A DNA stretch of 64,000 nt from Eledone cirrhosa. Taxonomy: Eukaryota. The notes beneath the pieces are model-generated. The model had not been told where the DNA came from, searched no databases, and saw only the letters and a list, made by a program, of their open reading frames with translations. The translations under genes were made by a program, and so were the position numbers. Where the stretch lies: positions 348,502,001 through 348,566,000 of the forward strand of contig OZ024740.1 in the NCBI GenBank assembly GCA_964016885.1, in the 5' to 3' direction. Positions 1-13,365 of the stretch are shown one piece after another (position 1 is the stretch's first letter; each line of letters starts with the position of its first letter).

Positions 1-52
1 ATATATATATATATATATATATTTATACACATATATATATATATATATATTT

Positions 53-93
<41 letters not shown>

Positions 94-122
94 CATATAT
101 ATATATATATATATATTTATAC

Positions 123-156
<34 letters not shown>

Positions 157-162
157 TTATAC

Positions 163-196
<34 letters not shown>

Positions 197-242
197 TTAT
201 ACATATATATATATATATATATATTTATACATATATTTATAC

Positions 243-276
<34 letters not shown>

Positions 277-308
277 TTATACATATATATATATATATAT
301 ATTTATAC

Positions 309-342
<34 letters not shown>

Positions 343-400
343 TTATATATATAATTATACATATATATATATATATATATATATTTTTATATATATATTT

Positions 401-459
<59 letters not shown>

Positions 460-474
460 TATATATATATATTT

Positions 475-527
<53 letters not shown>

Positions 528-528
528 C

Positions 529-621
<93 letters not shown>

Positions 622-631
622 TATACATATA

Positions 632-699
<68 letters not shown>

Positions 700-809
700 T
701 ATACATATATATATTTATATATATATATTTATACATATATATATTTATATATATATATTTATACATATATATATATATATATATATTTATACATATATAT
801 ATATATATT

Positions 810-840
<31 letters not shown>

Positions 841-872
841 ATATATATAAATATTTATATATATATATATAT
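1..872. repeat. (AT)n microsatellite with TTTA/TACA interruptions
   Basis: Direct inspection; a second tract lies at ~1090-1718. The YIYI ORFs are artefacts of this repeat. Confidence 0.98.
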
Positions 873-1106
873 AAAAAAATAATGAATAAAACAATGAAAC
901 AGTTCTTTTATATGGAACTGTTTCATTGTTTTATTCATTATTTTTTTAATATTTTATCTTGACTCTGTATACCGTTTATCTTTCACCGAAAGTGATTTTT
1001 CATTGCATCTCTTCTCTCCATGATATCCGGATTACATTGAGTTCTTCATACGGATTGGACACTACCGTAAACTCTTGGTAGATTTATCTACATATATATA
1101 TATATT

Positions 1107-1289
<183 letters not shown>

Positions 1290-1426
1290 ATGTATAAATA
1301 TATATATATATATATATGTATAAATATATATATATAAATATATATATGTATAAATATATATATATATATATATATATTTATTTATATATATTTATATATA
1401 TTTATATATTTATATATATATATATT

Positions 1427-1502
<76 letters not shown>

Positions 1503-1532
1503 TATATATATTTATATACATATATATATATT

Positions 1533-1620
<88 letters not shown>

Positions 1621-1626
1621 TATATT

Positions 1627-1661
<35 letters not shown>

Positions 1662-1674
1662 ATACATATATATA

Positions 1675-1719
<45 letters not shown>

Positions 1720-1749
1720 AGAACAAAAGATGGTTAAAGGAGTTCCATG

Positions 1750-1820
1750 TATTTTATTATGCGCATTTCAAAAACAAACATCATCATGCAATAATATTTG
1801 TGTTTTCATCAGATAAAACA
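1750..1820 (-). ncRNA. Minimal type-I hammerhead ribozyme in an (AT)n-embedded PLE-type terminal fragment (1720-2000)
   Basis: Minus strand: ttttat-CTGATGA-[aaacacaaatatt...tgtttgttttt stem II]-GAAA-tgcgca (palindrome)-TA-ataaaa. Same family as 33181-33251. Confidence 0.75.
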
Positions 1821-1997
1821 GGAGGACACGATATGAATGCTAAAAAACACTTGTGGATAGTGCAGTTTTAAATCAACAGTTTTAAATCAACCATCTTTTT
1901 TTCTTATATATTATGTATACTCCACTCCTACAAAATGTAGAGTGCTTCTTATCCGATATCTGCATTGCTTTATCGTACTACAATAAAACTCACCTCC

Positions 1998-2069
<72 letters not shown>

Positions 2070-2075
<6 letters not shown>

Positions 2076-2715
2076 GGAAAAAGAACAAAGGAACTTTTAT
2101 GACATTATAACAAGTTTATTGCCGACAGCCGTTTCGTCCGACCATATGGAGGAAACCTTTTTTTTTTTTATTCTCTTAATCGCTTCTAGTTTTTTAGGTT
2201 TATTGGGGCTTATAAGCTTTGTGCGCTTATTGAGGTGTTTTTTAAGGTGCTTTTAAGGGATCCCAAGTCTTTTACTTTTAATGCGTAACTTATAAATTCT
2301 TTAATTTTTAACCTTCAATCCCTAACTTTTAGGCCCTTTTCAAATACTCTTAATTCCCTCTAACCCATCCCTTTTACAACTCCTACAACTATTCTAAAAG
2401 AGCCCCCTTAGAATATAGACCCCCAGATAAACAAGCTGAGCTGTTGATGTATACCACGATTTCAAACTGGTAATCTTGAGTGAAACGTTGATGAAAATAA
2501 TGAACTTACAATTACCTTGAAAAGTCCCACCATATGGCCGGACGAAACGGCTGTCAGCAATAAACTTGTTATAATGTCATAAAAGTTCCTTTGTTCTTTT
2601 TCCTTAATATTTCTGCTCTGCTTATACGCATAGATCTTAACTAGCTACCGTCGCATATTTGGTAGGTCAGGCGTGATCATCGCGATTTACGTACAACCTA
2701 CCATACATCTTTCTT
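2070..2715 (+). mobile_element. Non-autonomous PLE-like element with ~80-bp inverted repeat (2070-2150 / 2530-2610) and a U3:A8-variant hammerhead at 2511-2561
   Basis: The inverted repeat is visible directly. attacc-TTGAAAA-gtcc..ggac-GAAA-cggctg-TC-agcaat; flanked by (AT)n. Confidence 0.6.
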
Positions 2716-2819
2716 ATATATATATAAGGTTTTCAGAGAGCCGGTGCATTGCATATAGAAATATGAAGGTGGCACTAGGTTAAAATGAAGCCAACACAAA
2801 GCTAAATTAAGTTTTTACC

Positions 2820-3560
2820 CAATATATTTCTTCTTCTCAAATTAATGTAATAAACGTGGCGTTCTGTTCTCGCAAACCGTTCTTACGTTGTGTATATGGT
2901 TGACAGTTGAATTTCATATGCCAGTCTGCTCCACGTAGCTCCATTATATTGTTGATTAGTGATCTCTGCATGTTTATGATTAAAGCTTCCTTAATTACTA
3001 ATTTCCCAACATTCCTCTCCGATGCTTCTATGGTGACCTCAACGTCTCGTTTGTTGAATTTATCCAGGTGTTTTTGACAGAAGAAACGTTCGTGGTTATG
3101 TGTTCTTTGATCCGAATGTGAAACACTGAGACTATATTGTTTTATGCGGGTAAATGTTCGGAACTTTTCAGAGAGGGCCACGAGTGCGCCAGTTTTATGT
3201 TGCAATTCTCCCTACAGATAGCTTGTCGGATGGTAGCCGTCTTTCTCTCGTTGAAATACGGCAGCCTTAGATAGCATATGCTATTCCTGTGGGCACGAGG
3301 CCTCTTTGGTGGTGCCTTGGCATCTCATGTTTGGTGAGTGATGTTGGGTAGTCGTTTTCGTTGAGAACATTTTGGAATTCTACCGTGTTGGTGCATTTGT
3401 CACTAATTTCGTTGCATCTATTGCGTATCCGGGAGATTTCGTTCCGTACGCAGACCATTTTGGCTTTGTGGGGAAGAGCAGAATCATGGTGTTCAAATAT
3501 GTTGCTGCAACCATCCTTTCTGTAACTTTTGGTGCATATAGACCCATATTTACTGATACT
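2820..3560 (-). pseudogene. Decayed Penelope-like element, RT C-terminus plus GIY-YIG C-terminus
   Basis: Translations 'YRKDGCSNIFEHHDSALPHKAKMVCVRNEISRIRNRC...VLNENDYP' and 'IKEALIINMQRSLINN' match the PLE thumb/endonuclease pattern; frameshifted. Confidence 0.7.
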
Positions 3561-4662
3561 TAGTGTAAAGTCGATTAGAGAGAGAAATCCGCTTCAATAG
3601 CCATGGGGCTTTTTAAAAGTCAATAGCTCACTTGCATGTAAATACGGCAGCCAACCTAATGATATCGTGCTGTGAAATACACGAAATGAAAAAAAATATT
3701 TCTTGACTTCCTAATATCTTCTCGAAAGTAAAATTAACTCCATAGATTTCAGTTATGCAATACATCTAATGGTACGCATATCATCCAGAGATGACGAGCT
3801 GGAAGATTTTGAGTGTCTGTTTAAATGTCCCTTAGTGAGGAATAAAAAACTCGGATGGGATACAAATGAACTTTTAATTCGTACGCAGTTTTTATTTTTT
3901 TATTTGTGATGATGCTTCCACCTGGTTGGAGAGCAAATCTCCCACGGTTGGTGGATTGTAAGAAAGTGACTACTCTAACGGCGTAGCTGAGTTGAGTTTT
4001 AACCTAGTCACGTTTTACGGTTTGTGAATCTGATTTTGTGAGGGATGTAGGGGAACATACATTTAATTATGCTAGGATATGAGATGAGGAACAAGTCAAA
4101 TATTTTTCGACTCGGTTTGTCAGTGGGATATTAAAAGATGGCAATTCTAGCTACTTTAAACGGTTCTGAATAAGAAGGTGCGAGCTGCATCACGAAATTT
4201 GTGCATTGATAATTACAAAGAGAAGTGATGTTAGACTACATAAATGCAAAATATAGTAGTAAAAGGATGTGAGCACGGTTGAAATAACAAGAGTCTATGT
4301 GCGTGAATGCGTGTATCCGTGGGCGAGTTCGTGTTATATATATTGTTTTACTTAAATGCATATGTTTTTCGGTATATGATAGTGTTTCATATTGTTTACG
4401 TATCAGTTTATTTTCTCAGAGAACATAAAAGAATTTATTTTTAAAAAAACACTAAATATCTGCAAACTATTTGTATTGCTTGTAATAGAATAAATAACAA
4501 TGCTTGCATTTGCAATAATCAAAATTTATGATGATTTATACTTGTTTTCTTTAACGCCAAACTCTTTTCATTCAACGGTTTGAAGAATCCCTTAAATAGA
4601 TTTTGTAGATATATTTACATCTTTTATTTATATTATTCAACGATTCATTTATATATATGTAA

Positions 4663-4663
<1 letters not shown>

Positions 4664-4737
<74 letters not shown>
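4664..4737. repeat. (CA)n microsatellite
   Basis: Direct inspection. Confidence 0.98.
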
Positions 4738-4740
<3 letters not shown>

Positions 4741-6184
4741 GAATATGTATATAATTTTGAAATCGAAATATTTTAGTGTTGCAACTAGTATTAAAATCGT
4801 TTTGAAATATTCGTTGCTGACTAAAGCACTGAAGTGAAATGAAATGTAAAATAGTTTCAGGACCCAAATCAAAGTTAAAGAAAATTGGCATAGTTAAATA
4901 TATGTTTAATGATAATACAAATATTTTTAATGCTATTCTTACTGAAATATGCAACACACGGGACGGACGCGTCCTTCAAACTTAATTGACTATTTCTTTT
5001 TCCATATACAGTCTTGCCTGTATATGCGTGTGTCTACGTGTGTCTGTGCGTGTGTGTGGGTATGGGTGTTTGAGTTTGTGTGTGTTTGTGTATAACATTT
5101 AGACACACTCTCGCAGGCGTTCGTCTGTATGTTTTCTGTGCGCGTGTGTGAATATATGTATTATGATAACTAGACATGTGAAAATAAATAAAATCATATT
5201 ATGCAACAGTTTTCATCATGCATCAATGAATGTTTTAAATTTCCAAATCAAAAATAGCTAAGCATCGCGAATATTTCATTTTCCATACTATTCACATTGT
5301 TTGTGTTGTTCTTGACGATGATGATGTTGACTTTGGTATTGGTTTTGTTATTGGTGTAGCTGCTGATACTCTTTCTATCCGCTGATACATTGGCTGTCTT
5401 TCTTTCTTCTTGACTGTATGCCAAATAAATTTTCCTGCCGTTAGCTTTCATACTGAAGACATACTACCTATTGGGCAAGTTTATTAACCAGAACAACATT
5501 TTGTTATCCTTTGCATTACGATTTCCTTTGCTGATTTGTCGTTGTGATTGTTTGTGTCACATATTTCTTTATCTATTTCCCTATTTATTTATTTTATTTT
5601 TCATATTATCAGATTTTATTTCTCAGCCAAATAATCATCATCATCAGCACTATAGTTATATGCACCACCATCATCATCACATATAATCATTGTACTACTA
5701 ATATTACTGCTATTGTTGCTCCTTAGTATTACTACTGGAAACTATTATAGAAATACCCATTTAAATATAATAACAGAAATATACTCTTAAATCCATACCG
5801 AGCAACACAATAAAATGACACACCATAATACATGAACCCTGTTAACATTTATAGGGATTTAGCTGGATCAATAAAGAAGATAGAACTGATTATAACTATA
5901 TAAACAAAGATCAGCATAAATACTTTTTTTCAGTCTACGAATTAACACACTGCTATGTGATAGAATAAATAAATATAACAGGGTCTTAGTAGAAATGATA
6001 TTCATGGCTACAAACTACCTGATGTTAAGAAATGGAATAATCTTATTTCATGGGTAGAAGTGAACGTATCGTGGAAAACTGGGCTCTTACCTAATAGTAA
6101 TATACCCTCATCCAAATTCCATAATACATTAGATAGCAAATTATAAAAGAAATTGCACGAAATAAAAACGAAAATACACTTAAT

Positions 6185-6514
6185 AACAGCGCAGAAATGT
6201 AGTGTATAGCATAAGATGTACTGAAGGACAGAAACAAAAATATAGTGTACATAGGTGAGACAGCTCGTAGTATAGGGGAACGAATAAATGAACACTGGCG
6301 AGACCTTCAAGATAATAAAGAATCATCTGTGCTCTACCAACATGCTAAGATAAAGCACAAGGGTAAATTAGAGAACATAGAAATAAAAATAGAATCCACA
6401 CACAGAAAAGATGCAATGTTTAGGCAAATTACAGAGGCAGTAAGCATAAAAGAATTACAACCAAAATTAAATAGAAAATATGAGTGGAACAGCAACATCA
6501 CAACTTACAATTAA
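6185..6514 (+). pseudogene. Penelope-like GIY-YIG endonuclease fragment (3' end of a PLE, ~5750-6995)
   Basis: 'RNVVYSIRC...YIGETARSIGERINEH...RQITEAVSIKELQPKLN' is the PLE GIY-YIG signature. Confidence 0.85.
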
Positions 6515-6730
6515 GGACAAAATGAAAACACACACACACATAGAACAAACAACCAACCAACAACATGTAAATAAATAAACAAATAAATAAACAAATAGAT
6601 AAATGAACACAAACACACACAGACTCCCGGATGTGGCGCATGCGCAAACTGAGCACACAACACACACACAGAAACAAAATGGCGTAGGACAGAAGAAAGG
6701 AAAGGCACAGAAACAAAGAAAGGAATCCCC

Positions 6731-6775
6731 AGTCACTGAAGAGGTCACAGAGTGTGTGACGAAAGAACTATGACT
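6731..6775 (+). ncRNA. Minimal type-I hammerhead ribozyme in the PLE 3' UTR
   Basis: agtca-CTGAAGA-ggtcac..gtgac-GAAA-gaac-TA-tgact; stems I and II pair. Confidence 0.75.
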
Positions 6776-7454
6776 ATATATAAACAACTATCTGGTTGTG
6801 GAACCAACCAACCAACCAGAAATTTATAAGTTTGTAGATTTGTAAATTTATAAATTTATAAATATATAATAAATTGAAGTGAAAGCAACTGGTGCATGTG
6901 TTTCTTATTGGCAACATGACCCTCCCAAAGTATAACAATATCGGTTTCAACACACGATTTCAGATAAAGAATCTTGCTAAACAAATTCAGAAACGAAATA
7001 TATATATATACATATACATATATATATATATATATACAGATACATTGTAGATCGCTTTGACCCGTCTTTTATTATTCAAAAAACCTTCTTGCCAATAAAC
7101 ATTAACTCTTTGTGCGCCATTCATCTAACTGTAGACCAACAAATACCAAGTAAACGGAGCGTTGACAAGAATGATGGCGAATGAATCTTCGCCGGTATAC
7201 ACTGCTAGTAAACTATAAAACATACAGTAATAAACGTAAGACATAATATAAAAACATAATGAGTCGAGTCAGAGCACCCAACATTTCTGCTCACTGAACA
7301 ATGTGTATTTCTCAGAGATCTCCCAAATATTCCGTAAGCATTTCTTACGTGGGTTCGTCAACAAAACCCATTTTCGTTGTATACTTCTGTTACTGTTAGT
7401 GGTAGAAGTCTATGATCCGTGAGCTCTCAGTGGCACTCCATTATTTCCAATAAT

Positions 7455-7643
7455 AATTGTTTCTACTTTTGGCACAAGGCCAGCAATTACCCAGTGCATT
7501 ACTGGTACTTTATTTTATCGACCCCGTAAGGATGAAAGGCAAAGTTAACCTCGGCGGGATTTGAACTCAGACCATAACGGGCCGTAACTCTTTGCTATAA
7601 AGCATGGCGTTCGACCCTCTACCGATACTACCAATCCACCGCC
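7455..7643 (-). mobile_element. tRNA-derived SINE (dominant family in the window)
   Basis: Minus strand has A box TGGTAGTATCGG, B box GAGTTCAAATCC, central ctttcatccttacggggtcgataaaataaagtacc and 3' ggccttgtgccaaaagtagaaacaattatt. Confidence 0.9.
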
Positions 7644-7884
7644 CTTATTATTTCAAATAATAATAAAAATAATTGATATTGTTGTTTTTTCAATTTCTAA
7701 GTTCGATATAATACCACTACTGTTACTAATGCTATTACTATTATATATAGAAGAACACCACCGACAGCAAAGCAGTAGTAGTAGTAGTAGTGTTTGTTTT
7801 TTATCATTTTTTTTTTATGGTGGTAATGAGATTGTAGTTGTTGATGTTGTCTTATTTATTATTGTGGTTGTTGGTGATGGTTGT

Positions 7885-7910
7885 TGATAATGGTGATAAT
7901 GATGATGATA

Positions 7911-7982
<72 letters not shown>

Positions 7983-8130
7983 TTGATGATGGTGGTGATG
8001 ATGATGATGATGTTGATGATGATGATGATGACGGTGATGATTATGGTGATGATGATGACGACGACGACGACGACGACGACGACGATGATGATGATCAAGA
8101 TCATCATCATCATCATCATTATAATGACGA
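7885..8130. repeat. (GAT)n/(GAC)n trinucleotide repeat
   Basis: Direct inspection. Confidence 0.95.
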
Positions 8131-8683
8131 GGAGGATTTCAAAATTATATCTAGTTTCGAAATAGATGTGAGGGCAGGAACAGTGTATAAATAGCAATAT
8201 ACATTGCGTAAGCAAAAAAAATATTAATTATTATTAAACAAGTAAATACTATGTCATTTTCGTTTCAATATATTTATTTTACGATATTATTACTTTTTGT
8301 TAAAACATAATAATACTTCAATTTTTTTATATTTTCCTCTATTTTTTTTTATTCAGAGTACAACAACCTCTCGAAAATAAACTAGTCTAAAGCTATGTAG
8401 TTTGCTTCTAATTACTTCTTTTTTAAAGAAATAACGTCTCCCTTTACCCCATTTAGTAACCATTGAAGTTGTTTTAGAAAATGTCTGATGTTGATATACA
8501 ATTTTAGAAACGCCATTATGCCATTTTATATTTTTATATAAAAATGTATTGTATTTAACTGAGTGGGTGTGCAGTCTGACATCTAAAATGGAACTACTCA
8601 ATACATACACACACACACACATTACGGAGTAGTTCAATTTTAGATATCAGACTATATATATATATATATATATATATAGATAT

Positions 8684-8761
<78 letters not shown>

Positions 8762-11700
8762 TTTATATTTTGTTATTTTAATTAATCCTATTTCCAGCTA
8801 ATTCTTCCGTTAAATAATATTGGTCAGGAAATAATTCACGTGTATATACACAGACTGCCCCACTGTGTATCTTTGTTTCAGTATGTATATGTATAGGAAA
8901 AATTGCAATAAAGGCTTGAAAAGTCACCAAATGTATATGTATGTATTATATATATATATGCCTGCTCTCTCTCACGCGCGCGTGTGTGTGTGTGTGTACA
9001 AATTTACAGTACACAAAGAAATGAAATTAGTTCATACAAAATGAATTATATTTGTTTTATTTTTTAAGAAATTGTGTTTGCAGAAACAATCATGGTCATC
9101 TCCTTTGCTTCCATGAACTCTATAACGTAAACAAATTTGAAATTATCCTGAATACGTCAGCCATTACATTAAATCCATTGACTCTATTTCGCATAAATCC
9201 TAGTAGTTATTTCCAAAGGGACAAAAAGATTAAAAGTGTTAGTATATGAAGAAATATGTTTTCAAAATACATATGTTGCACTTTATCAATATTTTAGGAT
9301 TTCTTCATATTGTATCGTATATTTGATGGGTTTTCATTATGGAGCATGCAAAGGTATTTTCTCTGATGCTTTTAAAATATAAGTATAGCTATGTATTTAT
9401 TCTGTAACACAATAATCACATATTTCCACACCGACACGCACCTATTTTATAAACTATATATATATACGCTGATTGCTATTTCTTGTAAGAAGAGTACCAT
9501 CAATACACGCATGTGACGTTTCAGACCCACTTTAGTTCTGCAGGCACTGCACATTAGTCCCACTTACGAAGTGGACGCTTCGAAACAGGCTTGAAAGTTT
9601 TCCTTCTTATCGTAGTACAAATCTGATTCTTAGAAACGAGAAAATGAAAAGTATTTACCTTTTAAAAGGTTCCCCAGTTTCACCCATTCTCCTTCTATAC
9701 GAAAACGGACCTGTTTTCATCTTAGAATCAAATGTTGGCAGTATCAAGGCATTGCAATTCATATCAACTTATATACTTCATCAATAACAACAAAATCAAA
9801 TTATGCACAGATTTATCAACTGCACCTGAATGGAAAAGAGAAAAAGTTCAACAATTCCATCCCTCTAAAACCCAATAGATTCACTTCCATAATTCTGAAC
9901 CTATTAGTTATCAATGTGAGTAAATATACTTAATGAACCATCTACTGCACAAATCCATAAAGATCCTTGATATTTGTTTGCAAGGTCTCACTGACAATGA
10001 CTTCATGTAATTAAATTTAATTCAAATAAATTGTTATTGAAAACTCTTAACTGCCTGTTTATACACAAAAGAAATCAGAATTATATTTCGCTTCCTCCGT
10101 TGATAGAACAATTAAATTCGCTGAAGATAATAATTTAAAACTAAAAAAAAGGAAGCAAACATTTCCATAAACTTCTCACACAGCCAATCAGATTTAGCAA
10201 CTGGGTCAGTTACACTGATGGGACAAACGCAGACAATGGAGTTGGGTGTGAAGCTACTTTGTCTTTCAAAAATAATAATAGAGATATGAGCATTAGATTA
10301 CATCGTGATTTCACAATATCTGATGAAAGACTTGTGGGGAATTATATTAGCTATAGATTCAGCTAAAGAAATATCATGAGAAAAAGGCTTTCTATTTACT
10401 GATCGCTTATCGAAACTAGAACTGTTTCAATAAAGAAACGGCTCTGATAAGCGTAGATAACTATTTCTCACATAATAAGAAACAAGTAACACTGATATAA
10501 ATACCAGGCCATACAAATATTAAGCAAAATAGGAAACCTGATGAATTAGTAAAGGAGAGAGTGCAATAGGAAATAATAGATATAGACTACAGAATCTAGA
10601 GATCAGCTCTCAAATTTCAACCCTCCACATTCTCAACCAGATCTGACAACATTTAAAACATATCAGTAACTGAGCAATGTTAATGAAATAAAGACTATGC
10701 TGGCTTCAAACTGGATGTATACCATTGAATTACACTTTACCACAAACCGATCGTGAAAAATCACCTCTATATACTTGTGATGACTCCCAGAAACTATTTG
10801 GCACTATTGGGTCCAATGTAAAAACGCTCGATCATTAAAAATTACTATGATTGGAGAGATTCTACCAACTATAAACAAAATCTGAGTACATGGAGGTTAC
10901 GAATAAATTCGACAACAGAACCTCCTAGCTGTTTTACAGCTTCCCTTGCTTCCCATTTTTCTTTATCTTTTTCAAACACATTTTGCCTCCTGTTGACCTT
11001 CCCTATGTAAATATTTGATTTGATTTGATTTTATTAACTTATTTATTTTTATATTCACTTATATCAATATATCTTGCTTTTTGTGGTGGGATTTCAATCG
11101 TAATAAATCTTCCGTGATTAACATCTCTATCCCAGCAGATAAGGAATTCAACATATTTACAGTTAGAAACATATTTAGACGACGTGGTTTGTATGGCTTG
11201 TATACCTCGGGAGCTTATTGTAACGAAAATGGTTAGCAAAAGTCTATAATCTTTTATGGCTTTCCTGTGTATAGGCACTTACGAGTTTATAAACAATTGC
11301 TATATTGAAGCAAATTCAAATATTCCTTATTATATAAATTCCACGCAGATTTGTGAATATTATTTGCAATGATAATATTTATACTTATAATATATTCTGT
11401 CTTGACGAATCTGTAGTCTAATGAGCGAATTCATAATTCAATTGGTGACTATGTTATTATGAAATACACGTATAATGAAAAATCTTACTTTTATCGTATT
11501 GTTTAACATTAAATAAATATTGATTTATATACAGGATAATGAAATATTTTCATAATCCGGATTGTCTGATCCGTTATATCGAACGTTAAATAATACAAGA
11601 AAAATACTATAATATATGTATGAGACAACATATCACAGAGATGGCTATCTTTTTCTTTGTTATTTGATATTGCGTATTACTGAGCTGGTTCGTTACAGAA

Positions 11701-11819
11701 AGTTTGGTAAAATTACATTGTTATTTATATCAGATTATGGGAAAGAACATATACAGATTAATTCCCCCATTTGTGTATATAAATATATATGTGTGTGTGC
11801 GTGTGTGTGTGTGTGTAGT

Positions 11820-12326
11820 AATAATTCTACTATAGGCACAAGGCCAGCAATTAAGAGGGAGGGGAAAGTCGATTAAATCGACCCCAGTGCGTAACTGGTA
11901 CTTTATTTTATCGATCCCGTAAGGATGAAAAGCAAAGTTAACCTCGGCGGGATTTGAACTCTTTCATAAAGAGCCGTAACTCTATGCTGCAAAGCATGGC
12001 GTCCGACCCTCTACCGATACAGCCAATCCACCACCCTTGTGTAATAATGGTTTCTTATATAGGCACAAGGCCAGCAGTTTTGGGGGAGGGGAAAGTCGAT
12101 TAAATCAACCCCAGTGCATGACTGGTACTTTATTTATCGACCCCGTAAGGATGAAAGGCAAAGTTAACCTCGGCGGCATTTGAACTCATATCATAAAGGG
12201 CCGTAACTCTATGCTGCAAAGCATGGCTTCCGACCCTCTACCGATACTGCCAATCCACCACCCTTGTGTAATAATTGTTTCTATTTTAGGCACAAGGCCA
12301 GCAATTACCCAGTACATTACTGGTAC
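11820..12326 (-). mobile_element. Tandem SINE cluster (two full copies and a 3' fragment)
   Basis: Same family motifs; the repeated flank 'cccttgtgtaataat' separates the copies. Confidence 0.9.
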
Positions 12327-12391
12327 CCTTGTGTAATAATGATAAATAATAATAAATACAAATACCAAAATCTGAAAAGGACTCGATAAGG

Positions 12392-12459
<68 letters not shown>

Positions 12460-12807
12460 TATATATTAACCGGAACAGCAAATATTTATTATTAGTACAG
12501 ATAAAAGTCTAAGAAATAAAACAAAATTTGATTTTTCTATAACTTAAACTTTAAATCTGTACCAATAATAAATAAATATATGTTTAAGAAGGCTAAACAA
12601 TGTGAAATGGACGGTTAAATGGGGGCAACGAAAACGTTTGTATTAGTTGATATTTATTAATATTTTCATTTTGTCAAGACTTTTTATACTATACACACGC
12701 ACACACACACATATATATACACTCTGTATTGAATGCCTTACTTACTATAGTTACCCCCGATTGACCCCGACATAAACACACACACACACATACACACACG
12801 CACACAC

Positions 12808-12838
<31 letters not shown>

Positions 12839-13365
12839 TAAGAGAAGACAGGTAGAAGAGAAAATGAATGTATTGGATGATTGTCTGGTTTACAGTATAA
12901 GGCGAGACATCGGTATGTGTTGGTGACAAACAAAAAACGGTAAAAACACACCAGATACTTCGTTTTACCATTCGTGCATAGTATGTGAAGATATCTCGGT
13001 GTTTCCACTCGTGAAAAACCTACATATAGAGGGGAGAGATTATTTGTGTTAGATATATAGAGGGGATTAATAAGTGCGGTGTGGTTAATATAGAGAGGGG
13101 GAGAGTTTGGTCGTAATAGATATATATTTCTATTTATTTGCCACCAGGGCATCAAAGATTGGGACAAATACAAAGGGGGGAGTTTACATACATTTAAAAA
13201 GACGTGTAAAAAACATATAACAAATTAAATTTAACAATCGATGTCCTCAATAGGGAGGGGCGTTGACATGGGTCGCACACACCCCCGAAAAAATGTGCAA
13301 CCCTCCTCTTCAGGAGCACAAAGAGCGGGTGCTTCCTTCCTCTTCTCATTCTTCTCCTCTCTCAC

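Noticed and set aside
9512-9545. Hammerhead-like CTGCAGA...GAAAcgTC on the minus strand
   Set aside because: The core is mutated and the stems are too short to support a call.
9640-10560. Possible ancient CR1-like LINE remnant (also ~40680-41200)
   Set aside because: Only faint motif echoes; too degraded to call by eye.
11276-11420. Possible minus-strand exon (gtaagt donor, tacag acceptor)
   Set aside because: Stops in all three frames and no neighbouring exons.
13255-13330. CTGAAGAG plus a hairpin in the LINE 3' UTR as a possible hammerhead
   Set aside because: No GAAA or stem III follows; it is probably just a 3' UTR stem-loop.
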